From assembly GCA_040182905.1 (NCBI GenBank), contig JARQWU010000063.1, positions 1 to 43,314 on the forward strand: 43,314 nucleotides of DNA, written 5' to 3'. Below the pieces are notes generated by a model. The model saw only the letters and a list, made by a program, of their open reading frames with translations. It was not told the origin of the DNA and made no database searches. Each line of letters opens with the position of its first letter. Positions within the stretch are counted from its first letter, which is position 1. The translations under genes were made by a program, and so were the position numbers. This DNA is from Barthelona sp. PAP020 (taxonomy: Eukaryota). This document shows positions 23,401-33,557 of this stretch, in pieces.

Positions 23401-26303
23401 ATGAATTTCTTTTGGTTTTCGAGTAAATTTTTGGAATTGATTTGAAAAGGAAAGATTTTTTCCACATCTTTTAAAAATACCAATTCTAATGTGTGTCCAA
23501 TCAAATGAATCATTGGTCTTTCAAAACCCAACAATGCATAATTTGAAAAAGCAAATTTTGAATTGAGAAATAATGTCTTATTTTTTGATCCAATGAATAA
23601 AACTGCTATATCTTGATAATAGTACGATTTATGCTCATCATCACAAGAAGTCAAATAAATTGATTGTGGATTCAAAAATATGTTATTTTCCAAAGTACTT
23701 TCATTGTCAAACATTTTGGAATATATGACTCCATTGTTTTTTTCAGTATACGGATTAATATTTGCTGCTTCACTAGAAATATCAACGGGAACATCATATT
23801 GACTGAATCCAAACAGATCAAAAGTATCAATACCAAATATTCCATAACATTCTTCTTCATCAGCATAATCTAATTGAGAGTGTAAATCCGTTTCCAACTG
23901 TGAATAAGTTAAGTATGAATCTTTATTTTTGCTAAATGGTTGAAATTCAAATTCAACATTCTTTTCTAAAGTAAAACAATCAAACTTACCATGATAGATC
24001 CTCCCAATCTTTTTTTCCTCAATTAATAGATCTTTGCCAGGATTATTCAATTCCACAAAATTATACTTGCATGTAGAATAATAGAAACTCTCTCCTAACA
24101 TTGCATGTGGACTTAAATACTTTACATTCCCCAAAACTACATTGGGTTTCATGTAACCATCCAATAAATCACTTGTCATATTCAATGTAAAAAATGAAAA
24201 AAATAGACTTTTAATTCCTTCTTTGTCTGTGTAAAAGTCTTTGTCAAGAGTGAAACGCATTATTGCAGGTCTGGTTGTGAATAAATCTGTTTTAGCTTCC
24301 ATTAATTTTATCGTATAAGAACCTGAAGAGTTTAACAATTTTCCATCCACACTACCACCATGCATATTCGAAATTGATATCATGAACTGATTCTCTTCAC
24401 CAAGTGCTTTATTGGGAATGTAGAGTTCAAAAGTTTTCTTTGAGTTCAATAATAAACTATCAACAGTCACATTGCAAAAAGAAATCAGTGCAATTCTGTT
24501 GATATCATCCGATAAAGTCAAAGTCATTGCATGTAGTGTAATTCCGTTATGGGTTGAAAAGTTCTTGAATTCCATCTTAGTGGTATCTTGAATAAACATA
24601 AAAATTAAATTGAAAGACACAATTTTTTTGGCTTTTAAAGGAATACTGAATTGTAATATGCTTAATTCTACAGCTTCTTTTTCACAACATTGGATTGAAA
24701 GTAAATTATCATTGACATCAAATGTAGATATGCAACCTCCTGATGTAACAAATGTGTGAATGATGATCCAATCAAAATTATCACATAAATTAATGGTAAA
24801 TGTTTCTGAAGAGTTGTAACTTAAATTAGAATTTTTGTCTAAATATAATTTATTAGCAAAATCTTTATCATAAAAGAAATTTGCACCATTATGAAAATCA
24901 ACATTTTTTTGAAGTTCCTTTTCAGCATAAATAACGAATCTATTGGATAACTTATCATAAAATCGATCTTTTGAACAAAATATTGGAAATCCTTTCTCAT
25001 TCATTCCACCTAAAAAAATCTTATCATTTGCATCCTTGTAATTACTTTTTCGAAACGATAATTGCATGTCCTTTTCAGTAATAAAGGGAACTTTTGCTGG
25101 ATTCAACAAAATTTGATCTAGACTAGTATCATTTCGTAACCCAATAGATATTGGTAATGATCGATTGATTATCCTTTCAGTGAAATCTTTAACAAAAAAA
25201 TTCCTCCATTGTATCTCAGTTACGGCCACTTTAAAAGGAATAATAGGTACAACACTTCTTATTTTTTTAATTGATAAATTTGTATCAGTATCAACAACAT
25301 CCTGTGTTGATATCTTTATTGTCACAGCTCTTGTCAAATTAAATATGATTGGAAAATTATTTTCTTCATTCATTTCAAATATTTGTTCAAATTTTAAAGT
25401 TTTATGAATGAAAATGTTATTACACAGGTTTTCTTTTAATATCCATGGGATTAGAAAACTACTTTCATTCACATGGTTGTATCCATCAGATACGCAAAAA
25501 ATTTGAAAGATTGGTAACCTGTCATTCTTAACATCATGTTCAATCCTGAAAGAGATTATAGAAGAAGGAAAAGAAAGCGAAATCAAAAAATCTTCTGTGT
25601 ACTCATGAACAAAGTTTTGCAAATTTTCATCTTCTGTTTTTATAGTTATTAACGGTATAAATTCATATATTACTAAAAATGCGCAATTTTTTGACAATTC
25701 ACTGTCAGTTTCTAACTCAAACGTATAATTTGTTTGAGGCAATAGCAATCCATCATTAAAATTATCCATTAAAATTTCACTTTCATCACTTCCAAAATCA
25801 AGATCAAAACATCTTTGAAAATATGTGGCTTTTCCGTTTTTTAACAAAACATTAATTTTTAAAGGGAAAAAGATATCATGTAGTTCATCTTTTTTTGGAA
25901 TGAAATGATATAAACCTTCAGAATTAATATCAATAACACCTGTGGAAATTACAGTTTTATAAAATATTATTTGAACACTTTCATTTGCTTTGTTTTCACA
26001 TAAACAAGAAAAATACCGACTACCTTTCGTTATATTGAAAACTTCAACATATGATGATATTTCAATTCCATTTTCATCAAATATTTTATATATCCCGGTA
26101 AAATTTTTATCTGTAAATGCATATATGGATAAAATCTCATCTAAAGGGTTGTGAAAATTAAATATGAAATTAATAGACTCTTTCGGTGTCAATGATATTC
26201 TATTTTCTTTTTCAAGATTAAAAATCGCAGATTGTTCATGTATTATATTATTCGCACACGCAATTCCAACTAAATACAACAATAATATGAATAATAGTTT
26301 CAT
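20427..26303 (-). CDS. Large orphan type-I membrane/surface protein, ~1958 aa
   Basis: Signal peptide MKLLFILLLYLVGIACA at ATG 26303; single C-terminal TM VPFLFLLFVLIGILLFFCV; short acidic tail; many N-x-S/T sites; 5.9-kb uninterrupted frame. Confidence 0.82.
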   Translation of the reverse strand: MKLLFILLLYLVGIACANNIIHEQSAIFNLEKENRISLTPKESINFIFNFHNPLDEILSIYAFTDKNFTGIYKIFDENGIEISSYVEVFNITKGSRYFSCLCENKANESVQIIFYKTVISTGVIDINSEGLYHFIPKKDELHDIFFPLKINVLLKNGKATYFQRCFDLDFGSDESEILMDNFNDGLLLPQTNYTFELETDSELSKNCAFLVIYEFIPLITIKTEDENLQNFVHEYTEDFLISLSFPSSIISFRIEHDVKNDRLPIFQIFCVSDGYNHVNESSFLIPWILKENLCNNIFIHKTLKFEQIFEMNEENNFPIIFNLTRAVTIKISTQDVVDTDTNLSIKKIRSVVPIIPFKVAVTEIQWRNFFVKDFTERIINRSLPISIGLRNDTSLDQILLNPAKVPFITEKDMQLSFRKSNYKDANDKIFLGGMNEKGFPIFCSKDRFYDKLSNRFVIYAEKELQKNVDFHNGANFFYDKDFANKLYLDKNSNLSYNSSETFTINLCDNFDWIIIHTFVTSGGCISTFDVNDNLLSIQCCEKEAVELSILQFSIPLKAKKIVSFNLIFMFIQDTTKMEFKNFSTHNGITLHAMTLTLSDDINRIALISFCNVTVDSLLLNSKKTFELYIPNKALGEENQFMISISNMHGGSVDGKLLNSSGSYTIKLMEAKTDLFTTRPAIMRFTLDKDFYTDKEGIKSLFFSFFTLNMTSDLLDGYMKPNVVLGNVKYLSPHAMLGESFYYSTCKYNFVELNNPGKDLLIEEKKIGRIYHGKFDCFTLEKNVEFEFQPFSKNKDSYLTYSQLETDLHSQLDYADEEECYGIFGIDTFDLFGFSQYDVPVDISSEAANINPYTEKNNGVIYSKMFDNESTLENNIFLNPQSIYLTSCDDEHKSYYYQDIAVLFIGSKNKTLFLNSKFAFSNYALLGFERPMIHLIGHTLELVFLKDVEKIFPFQINSKNLLENQKKFIFNISDQLVKVIEINRDNLYALKVHFVLMELYFNETMYLSASQIKDLPTTLSIFKLTDEGSYFWIHDIGQNSISYEKSYFEGGIQLFPGYYRLLLSAATHYFIRLHKLSEFDTESLDCPLNVFYNGECRYDDRISAVRIVDMVYTFQLQFDYVKLNSKIQHLLKKVDTLDCLFGIELKTADQCNNSKIELVEKFNNKEKKIEIDFGKNDVIHTVFFQLEGSVDLIIPANSCINTVHKSPKLKDKTIENVDFFETLAVIPISKSYQDAITLKSIYFVNYVSNILKGDFWCFDQSVIEHLFYFTTNHHYINETSIFSFQTEPMSIYSGKDLYKYFVFHVNSEISFRFFVVDIMPYENEIYFLIYNNEKIIADAVTTYSFGFSCAKENNDLNITIIIRVLNKEILFGFLPLNEYDLSELDTSSSTKSHEITLSMGFDAPYHLISTVSSKAYKLKYTYDCDVILKSSNVLLQFFIEFGDINTKINFVVSCWRVVESEKKINGEFYMWDQFNAPLKFKNYVANAKIYFTTLRLNVTVLDSHISLKELTSQMSTPTQTHSQMDLLTLPQSFMIDNNNSKIAVEFFVKPYIYKLHIINGTNKITLNTSNNLFAIHKKADVDEVYQSFRIIPFDFDMTKGLYKLQIELASNPLIDSSEMPKLIIDVEECAETKFFSFFQAISPDELSQGELIHILTTNSSIALLPHDDYLQGQKFIEFFFVEPNSDFISSDIHKWLIKNQFNLSINSLVSSSSIEGSYISMINDEPFDQTIKKELVNKRRYFDKPEFLVGTNVIKRINEAEDSIEDERYVIFSTSKEMKQIMQIIICYDKNDCIKHEGSSFNRPYFIENFFNFTVTSDSMYVIQRVLKGTKVIDNDDYYLLESLESFILCKPKAFSLLFYLDSWYNYCLNDETMTLKLKIVTYVPFLFLLFVLIGILLFFCVRYQLFSHSKKDLLVENENLLDNKQILNIQMNNLDDDENGFFVVVENNEMFEDDVFLQ

Positions 26304-26781
26304 TTTTAAGTGAAAAATGAATATTTTCATTTCCTTGCTGTGCATCAATCAAATAATTAAAATACTATTTTGAATTTATAAGATGTAGACTTTCACTTTA
26401 AAAATCATCAATAAATTTTATTAAGTAAAATGTCGAATTAAAAAAAAAAACTCATATTTTCTGACTTTTGTAGATTCCTTTTTTCCATCAATAAGAAAAA
26501 ACTCTCAAATATCATTTAAAAGTTTTGTCGTTTAGATCCCCTGCAAGAAAATCTGTATGAATAAATACCATATCATTACTAGATTCATAGTTTAAATGCT
26601 TTTTTTCAATAATATTTAACATTTATAAAATTCACAAACTAGATTTTTTGTACTGGAAGCTGGAAATGAAGTTCTTTTAAATTTCGTAAAGGTATGAAAA
26701 AAGAAATTCAAAAAAAATGAGTTATTCTTTTACAAAAGAGAGATAAAATTTTCCAATTTTTTAAGTTGTTGTAGACTTGAT

Positions 26782-29193
26782 TCAATTTGTCTCTGGTTCT
26801 GATATGTAATCATTTTTTGTCTCTGTAATATTTTCAACAGAAGCTTCATCGTTTGTATCACTTACACTCACAGTTTCTTCAATTCGATTTTGCACATTGT
26901 CTTCATTTGATTCTGTTCTATTTGTTTCAACAAGTTTATTATTAATTTCAACCAATTTTTCTGAATTTTCTGTTTCTGATGTGTGTTCTTGAACATTATC
27001 ATCTTTTTCTTCATTGACTGCACTGCTATCAGGAATGTTTGGTTTTTCTGAAGGAATATCATCACTAACATTGCTTTCTGTGCGTTCCAAAATAAAATCG
27101 ACCTTTTTTTCTTTTGTGTCGTCAATTTCAACATCTTCTGATTTTTTTGTTTCCGTTTTTGAGCGGTCAAGTTCCGGAGTTTCAGCAAATGATTCACTCA
27201 CATCAGTTTCAGTGATTAACATTTCTTTATCATCAAATTGGAGCATGTCTTCAATGTTTGGAATCTCTAATGTCGAATCAACATCAACAACGTCTTCTTC
27301 AGCAGCTTTTTTCTCAATCTTTTCAAAATTCTTTAGTCTAGTACCCAACAAAACCGCAGCAAGATTATTCTCAACATTATCATCACTATCGATATCTTCG
27401 TTTAAAATTTTGCTTGGATCCGCGTTAGAATTCTTCATTTTAGCAAAACTACTCATCAATAAAGATTTATTGATGTTTTTCTTCAAATTATCCCGTACAC
27501 TGTTTCTCTTTTCAATTAATTCTTTGTTGTCACTTGTGGCATAGGTGTTTAATACTTCCACATCATTTTCATCAACTTCATCAGAAAAGAACAGGAATCG
27601 AATAATGATGGCTATGACTATGACGATTAAAATTAAATACCCAATTTGTACCTTATCAGGTTCAATCCATAACATGGGACATTCAGCCGCACAATGGAAA
27701 CTATTTCCCCTCATATAATCAACAGAACACTTAGTATAACTCTCTCTTTGGTAATAATAGTAAGATTCTTCTTCATAACCTCTTATCAATGCGAGTAATT
27801 CTGCGTTTTTCGTTGAATTGGTATCTGCACCAAACAATCTTTTCATTACTTCCAAATCAAACTCAATATAGAAGGCACCATGTAACCTTTTATATTCTTG
27901 AGAAATCGTGGTTGAATATATGGGTACACTGTATCCTATGACTTCTTTTCCTGTAATTTGTGATGTGCCAACAGTAAACATGTCAGTATTAGTTCCAGCA
28001 CTAACAGTAACGGCTTCGGTCAATGCTCTTGCAACTTCGTATACGGTCCAATAAGGATAGGCTCGATATTTTTCCCAAGTTGAATATGTCACATGAGCAC
28101 CAAAACTACTGCAGGCTAATGTTTGAGCAGCATCATTTTTGTATGGTGATACAAAGATTAAACGCACATTATACGTATGTGCACCTGAATTGATATTAAA
28201 AGTATCCACCAAATCATCTGTTAAAGCAATATTTGAATCACTGAGCCAAACAAATTCTGCAACAGAATTTGCCATAGCTTCCTGGGCTTCAGAAACTAAT
28301 AAGTACATGTTTTGGATAAAATTAATAGAATAATTACGATCATAAGAGTTTTCCACCATTCCATAGGTGGTAATCCAACTATCCCATTCAGAAACCACAT
28401 GAGTTTTGTTCAAATAGCGAGTTTGAATAAAACCACTGACATTCGAACTATTTAGATTTAATTGTTGTCCGTTAGGGAAAAAAACGGCAACATCATCAAA
28501 AGAATGATGATTTTCAATGAAAGTGACTACTACCTCCCTTAAATCGTACCATCTATTTCCAGAATTGCCAGCAGCAAAGTCTAAAAACAACACACTCTTT
28601 CTTGGTCCAATAGCAGCACTTAATAAATGAGAAACGTCAAATCCTGTTTGATATATCCCTTCAAGAATACTATTCATATAATTGGATCTCAAAGAAGCAG
28701 GTAATTTTCGTATCACCCCACGTGTGGTGAATAAAGCTATGGCATTGATACCACGACTGTTTGTAGCATCAGAAATCTTTGTTTGCCAACGAGTATATAG
28801 ATTAATAAATGTATTATATTCACTTCCAGTTGTGTAATTATAACCTAAACACGTTTGAACAGGTGCTTCATCATTATGCATAGCTAAAGAAAATACTGAA
28901 GAATGTTCTTCAGAAATATACGCTTTACTAGAACAAAACTCTTCTTCAACTGGACGATTGAAGGATCTGTTGCTTATACATACACCACCAAAAAATTTAT
29001 TTTGTTCATATTCTGAAATATTATAAGTATTACAAGACTTAGGATAATTTCCATATGTTAAATCTGATTCAAAAACTTTTTTTAATAAATTCATTTCGGA
29101 AACAACATCATCAATTAAATATAATTTTTCAGAGATATCAACACAAATACAGCTGCCTAAAATAATAAAAAGTATTATAATTACACTTTGCAT
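26782..29193 (-). CDS. Type-I membrane protein with VWA and Cache-like ectodomain (alpha2delta/CACHD1-like) and a long acidic cytoplasmic tail, ~803 aa
   Basis: Signal peptide MQSVIIILFIILGSCIC; LFTTRGVIRKLPA; GPRKSVLFLDFAAG..GNRW...DDVAVF; LACSSFGAH; VIGYSVPIY...LHGAFYIEF; TM IGYLILIVIVIAIIIRFLFF. Confidence 0.65.
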   Translation of the reverse strand: MQSVIIILFIILGSCICVDISEKLYLIDDVVSEMNLLKKVFESDLTYGNYPKSCNTYNISEYEQNKFFGGVCISNRSFNRPVEEEFCSSKAYISEEHSSVFSLAMHNDEAPVQTCLGYNYTTGSEYNTFINLYTRWQTKISDATNSRGINAIALFTTRGVIRKLPASLRSNYMNSILEGIYQTGFDVSHLLSAAIGPRKSVLFLDFAAGNSGNRWYDLREVVVTFIENHHSFDDVAVFFPNGQQLNLNSSNVSGFIQTRYLNKTHVVSEWDSWITTYGMVENSYDRNYSINFIQNMYLLVSEAQEAMANSVAEFVWLSDSNIALTDDLVDTFNINSGAHTYNVRLIFVSPYKNDAAQTLACSSFGAHVTYSTWEKYRAYPYWTVYEVARALTEAVTVSAGTNTDMFTVGTSQITGKEVIGYSVPIYSTTISQEYKRLHGAFYIEFDLEVMKRLFGADTNSTKNAELLALIRGYEEESYYYYQRESYTKCSVDYMRGNSFHCAAECPMLWIEPDKVQIGYLILIVIVIAIIIRFLFFSDEVDENDVEVLNTYATSDNKELIEKRNSVRDNLKKNINKSLLMSSFAKMKNSNADPSKILNEDIDSDDNVENNLAAVLLGTRLKNFEKIEKKAAEEDVVDVDSTLEIPNIEDMLQFDDKEMLITETDVSESFAETPELDRSKTETKKSEDVEIDDTKEKKVDFILERTESNVSDDIPSEKPNIPDSSAVNEEKDDNVQEHTSETENSEKLVEINNKLVETNRTESNEDNVQNRIEETVSVSDTNDEASVENITETKNDYISEPETN

Positions 29194-29382
29194 TTGTAAA
29201 TGGTCGAATGAAAAAAAAAAAACAATTTTTAATTTGTTCATGAAAAATTATTCAAAATTCCTTTATTTGTGCATAAATTTACAACAAAAATTGGCAATTA
29301 AAGCGTATTTTGAACATCTTTAAAAACTTGTTAAACCATTTTTTTTTTTTCATCGTTTATTTTTCAATTTTGACATTACATT

Positions 29383-32300
29383 ATGGAATTTAATTCAGAG
29401 AAATTTTTTCATAATTTACGAAATTTGCACAATGAATTGTTAAGAAATCGAAAATGGGATTTGGATGCATTGTTTGTTCTTGTTGGTTCTAATAAGAATA
29501 ATGATCTTGTTGAAGGGTTTCAAACTTCTATTCATTATTATTTGTTTGAATGTGTTTTACCAAATTCTGCAATTTTGTTAACAACTGAAACTTTTTCCGT
29601 TCTAGCTGGACCTAAAGCATGTGGTTTTTTACAAAAATTAATTTCTAAGACACCAGATGATTTTGAAATTAATTTTGATATTATTAACAAAGGAGATGAC
29701 ACAGATTATCATAGAAGTACAGTTGAAAATTTCAAAAAGAAGGTACTAGATGCAAGCAGTTCAAGAAGAGTGAAGAATATTGGATATTTTTATGATGAGA
29801 TTATTGACAGTAGATATCAAGCTTCTGAGCCCAAATTTATTCAAGATACAAAGTTTGTCAAAAAGCTATGGAAATTCACAGGTGCAGGGTTTAATTATTT
29901 TGATTGTTCTGAACAGTTCAGTGTTTACTTTTCAAAGAAGAGTCATTTTGAAATGAATGACATCTTAAAGTCAAAGAAATCAACGGAAATTATTTTCAAT
30001 GAAGTTGTGGGAAAGAAAATTGTGAAGCATTTTAAAAATGATCACAGTGACTTGAATCATCGTCAACTCGTAGGTGATGTTGATGAATTTATGGCAAATA
30101 AGAACTGGTTCAACGAAGGTATTGATCTTGATGGATTGGCTGTATCATATGAGACGATTGTTCAATCCAATGGTAAACAGAGGGTGTTCTTTTATCCCTC
30201 AAAAACTGCAAAAATCACAAGCGATGAAATCGGTAGAAACGTTGTCAATGCAAGTTGTGGTAGTAGATATCAAGGATATTCAACATATATGGGTCGTACT
30301 TTTATTGCTGATCCTTCTGATGAACAAAGAGAGAACCTTGAAGTTCTGTATGGAATTCGTAGGACAATATATGAAAACATTGCTCCAGGTGTTACCCTTA
30401 GATCTATCTTTCAACGAGTTCGCGAATATCTCAATGCAAAGGATAAATCCGCCTTGATTAACAACTTTCCTGACCAAATTGGTTGGTCTACTGGTATATT
30501 ATTTTATGACCAACATTTTGTTATCAGTACCGGTGCAGACAATGAACAATTTGAAAGTGGTAATGTGTTTGTTGTTTGGTTAGCGTTTGATGGCTTGAAA
30601 ATGAACAAGAAGCGTCAAGGTAGACCAGCTGAATATGGATTGATGTTGGTGGACACCATTGAAATTACTGAAGATGGTTGTCAAGTGTTAACTGAAGGAT
30701 TTGACAAGATTGATGATGTGTGTCACACAATAAGTGATCCAAGCACTTGGGTTGAAGAAGAAATTAAACCTGAAATGATATCTAGTGGTAGTTCAAGGGT
30801 TCGTACCAGAAGATTGAGAGAAAAGAACGCTAATGGTGAGAAATTCGTCCAAAGAAGGGAACATCAAATTAGTTTGGCAAATCAGCAGTTTAATGATATG
30901 AAGAAAAGATTGGCATCGTACAACGTTAAGGAAGAAACAATTGATGTTGATAATCTTGAAATTCCCTTCATCTCATATGGTGATGGTAAATTGCCAGATG
31001 GTTTGAAGGAAAACGAGACTGGTATTCGATTTGGTACCAAACAACATTCAATTTTATTGCCTATTTACGGTAATATGGTTCCTTTCCATATTGAGACCAT
31101 TAGATCTGTTACATTATCTGATAGTGGTGATGGAATGATTTTGATAATCAATTTTAAATTCCCCTCTAAAGCTACCCAATCATGGGAGCCTGTTATGAAG
31201 TATGGAAAGTATGCCTTTTTGAGATCCATATCTATCAAATTACAGGATAACGCAAATAGAGCACAAGAAATAGAGCGTAGAATTAAGAAAATGCTGAAAG
31301 AATACAAAGAAACAAAAGAAAACGAAAGTGTTAGAAATATTGAAGTCAAACAAGAAGTCGTCAAACAAAGTGGTGGTTCATTTTCGATTCAGGCGCTGTT
31401 AAGACCTTCCCCTACCAAAAGACAAAAAGAAGGTCGTTTAACTGCGTATCAAAATGGTTTTGTGTACATGCAGGAAAATACTCGGATTCAAATAGCTTAT
31501 TCTAACATTGACCATGCTATTTTACAATCGGCTTCTGAAGATCAAGATTTGGTCATTATGCATTTCACTTTAAAACATCCCATATTGATTGGAACTTCTT
31601 TGTGCAACCAAGTACAATTTATAAAGAATTGTGATCCAAAGAATGTCCATTTCCAAGGAACTGAAGAAGAAAAGGAGTATATGAAGGAACAAAGAAATAA
31701 ACAGTTGATTAAAAAGTATGGTATGGCTGTTAAAGAATTCGCCAAAAATACAAAGAATGTTTGGGACAGAAACAACACTGGAATACAATGGGAAGTTGTC
31801 AATAAAGATATGGATTACTTCGACGCTAGCGTCAGCAGTGATTCCCTTTCAAAAGGTAAGATTAACTTTTATTTTACCAAAAAGGGTATTGTATGTATTG
31901 CTGAGGCTATTAGACCAACCTTTTACACAATTTTCTATGATACTATTGATATGGTCGTTTTTGAAAGAGTTCGAGGACAATACTTTGAATTTACTGTTAT
32001 TTTTAAGGATTATTCATTGGAACAACCTTGTATTACTTTGAGTGGCGTTGATATTAGAAACCTAGAACGCTTAAAAGATATTTTTGATGAAAATGACATT
32101 GTCTTCCATGAACTTGAAATGAGTGGTATTAAATACGATGTATTTATCAAAGAATATATCCTCAAAGAGTCTCAAGAGTTTTTGGACAACGGTGGTTGGA
32201 TTTCAATCCTTTTCCCTGTTGCTGTGGATGAAACTGAAATGGCAAGTGTGGGAGCTTCCACTTCAAATCATAATTTGGAAATAAAGCCAACTGAAGAAGA

Positions 32301-32466
32301 ATATGTACCCAGTGATTTGGAGGATGACAGTGACTTTTATGCCTATGAAAGTGACAATGGAATGGATGATGATGAAGTGTATGAGGAATCAGAAGACGAA
32401 GGTTTAACTTGGGATGAACAAGAAGCCAAGGCTCGTGAATATGATCAAAGAAGTGGATTTCAATAA
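29383..32466 (+). CDS. SPT16: FACT complex subunit Spt16, 1027 aa
   Basis: Peptidase-M24-like N-terminal domain (SCGSRYQGYSTYMGRTFIADP), RREHQ..LA, ILLPIYGNMVPFHIETIRSV, GRLTAYQNGF, FLDNGGW, acidic tail with GLTWDE.E..A. Confidence 0.95.
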   Translation: MEFNSEKFFHNLRNLHNELLRNRKWDLDALFVLVGSNKNNDLVEGFQTSIHYYLFECVLPNSAILLTTETFSVLAGPKACGFLQKLISKTPDDFEINFDIINKGDDTDYHRSTVENFKKKVLDASSSRRVKNIGYFYDEIIDSRYQASEPKFIQDTKFVKKLWKFTGAGFNYFDCSEQFSVYFSKKSHFEMNDILKSKKSTEIIFNEVVGKKIVKHFKNDHSDLNHRQLVGDVDEFMANKNWFNEGIDLDGLAVSYETIVQSNGKQRVFFYPSKTAKITSDEIGRNVVNASCGSRYQGYSTYMGRTFIADPSDEQRENLEVLYGIRRTIYENIAPGVTLRSIFQRVREYLNAKDKSALINNFPDQIGWSTGILFYDQHFVISTGADNEQFESGNVFVVWLAFDGLKMNKKRQGRPAEYGLMLVDTIEITEDGCQVLTEGFDKIDDVCHTISDPSTWVEEEIKPEMISSGSSRVRTRRLREKNANGEKFVQRREHQISLANQQFNDMKKRLASYNVKEETIDVDNLEIPFISYGDGKLPDGLKENETGIRFGTKQHSILLPIYGNMVPFHIETIRSVTLSDSGDGMILIINFKFPSKATQSWEPVMKYGKYAFLRSISIKLQDNANRAQEIERRIKKMLKEYKETKENESVRNIEVKQEVVKQSGGSFSIQALLRPSPTKRQKEGRLTAYQNGFVYMQENTRIQIAYSNIDHAILQSASEDQDLVIMHFTLKHPILIGTSLCNQVQFIKNCDPKNVHFQGTEEEKEYMKEQRNKQLIKKYGMAVKEFAKNTKNVWDRNNTGIQWEVVNKDMDYFDASVSSDSLSKGKINFYFTKKGIVCIAEAIRPTFYTIFYDTIDMVVFERVRGQYFEFTVIFKDYSLEQPCITLSGVDIRNLERLKDIFDENDIVFHELEMSGIKYDVFIKEYILKESQEFLDNGGWISILFPVAVDETEMASVGASTSNHNLEIKPTEEEYVPSDLEDDSDFYAYESDNGMDDDEVYEESEDEGLTWDEQEAKAREYDQRSGFQ

Positions 32467-32852
32467 TAAAATGAATTAAATGTTTTTCTTTTTTGATTTT
32501 TTTTTTAAAACTTCAGTAAAAAATCTTTTTCATGCGAAATTATCCAGCTTAAAAGATGATGATGAATCTCTTCAAAGAAAAAAAAAAAATTTATAAATAG
32601 CATTATTTATTGCTTTTCTGACAGCTCAAGATCTTTACTTTTGACATCAATAAGATTTTTGTTTCATCAACTGTTTTGGACAAAGAGTCCAGTTCAATAT
32701 TGCAAATGAACAGTTGAAAGAATCTCATAATGAAAAACAAGATTGAGCGAAATCCCTAAATTGATAGTTATTTTACTGAGCTGAGCTCTTTGACTTTGTG
32801 AATAAGTTGGTAAAAAGAAACATTTTTTTTTTAATTTTTTTGTGGAGGGATA

Positions 32853-33557
32853 ATGCAACAAAAAGAATCTAAATCAAGAATTGTTCCATATACATATCAT
32901 ACTAAGGACAAAACTGAACCAAAGGCAAGTCCTTCCGATTTTCAACAACTATTTTCTCCACATATTTTAAATACACATCGAGAAACACCATCTAAATTAC
33001 CTCCAAATGCATCTGTATTGCAATTAACACCAGGAGATAGAACTGGAAAGTTCATTACTTCCCAATTACCAAATGCTAATGAGGAATTAATTGATGAAAT
33101 GAGAACTCCAAATAGATTTAAAGATAATAATGTCGAACATTGGGTTACGGTATTTGGAATACCACCTGATAAACAAAAGGAAACTTTATCTTATTTTCAA
33201 AGATTTGGTTCTATTATTGGTTGGCAAGAATCCACAAATGAAAACTGGCTTAGAATTAGGTTTAAGACGAAAATGCAGGCACAAAGTGCACTTTCACAGA
33301 ATGGAAAGATACTTTGTACAGATGATGAGAGTCAAATAATGGTGGGTGTGAAATTAGACAATGAACCATACACATCTAATGCACCTGTGCATAGTTTTAG
33401 GGGAACCCCCAGAAAAACCTCTAGTTTAAACAATAATGTCACAATACACACACCTTTGGCTGTAAACAGTACAAATATTGAAGATTCTGATATATTTGCC
33501 GGGCCACCAAAAAGGAATGGATTTCTTAAAAGAACTTTTGATTTTATATTTGGTTGA
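32853..33557 (+). CDS. NUP35: Nucleoporin Nup35/Nup53, 234 aa
   Basis: Nup35-type RRM (HWVTVFGIPP...YFQRFGSI...NWLRIRF....AQSALSQNGK...IMVGVK) and C-terminal amphipathic helix GFLKRTFDFIFG. Confidence 0.88.
   Translation: MQQKESKSRIVPYTYHTKDKTEPKASPSDFQQLFSPHILNTHRETPSKLPPNASVLQLTPGDRTGKFITSQLPNANEELIDEMRTPNRFKDNNVEHWVTVFGIPPDKQKETLSYFQRFGSIIGWQESTNENWLRIRFKTKMQAQSALSQNGKILCTDDESQIMVGVKLDNEPYTSNAPVHSFRGTPRKTSSLNNNVTIHTPLAVNSTNIEDSDIFAGPPKRNGFLKRTFDFIFG

Noticed and set aside
32556..32621. Possible box C/D snoRNA (ATGATGA...CTGA)
   Set aside because: Interior is mostly poly-A/AT, with no convincing terminal stem or recognisable rRNA guide.
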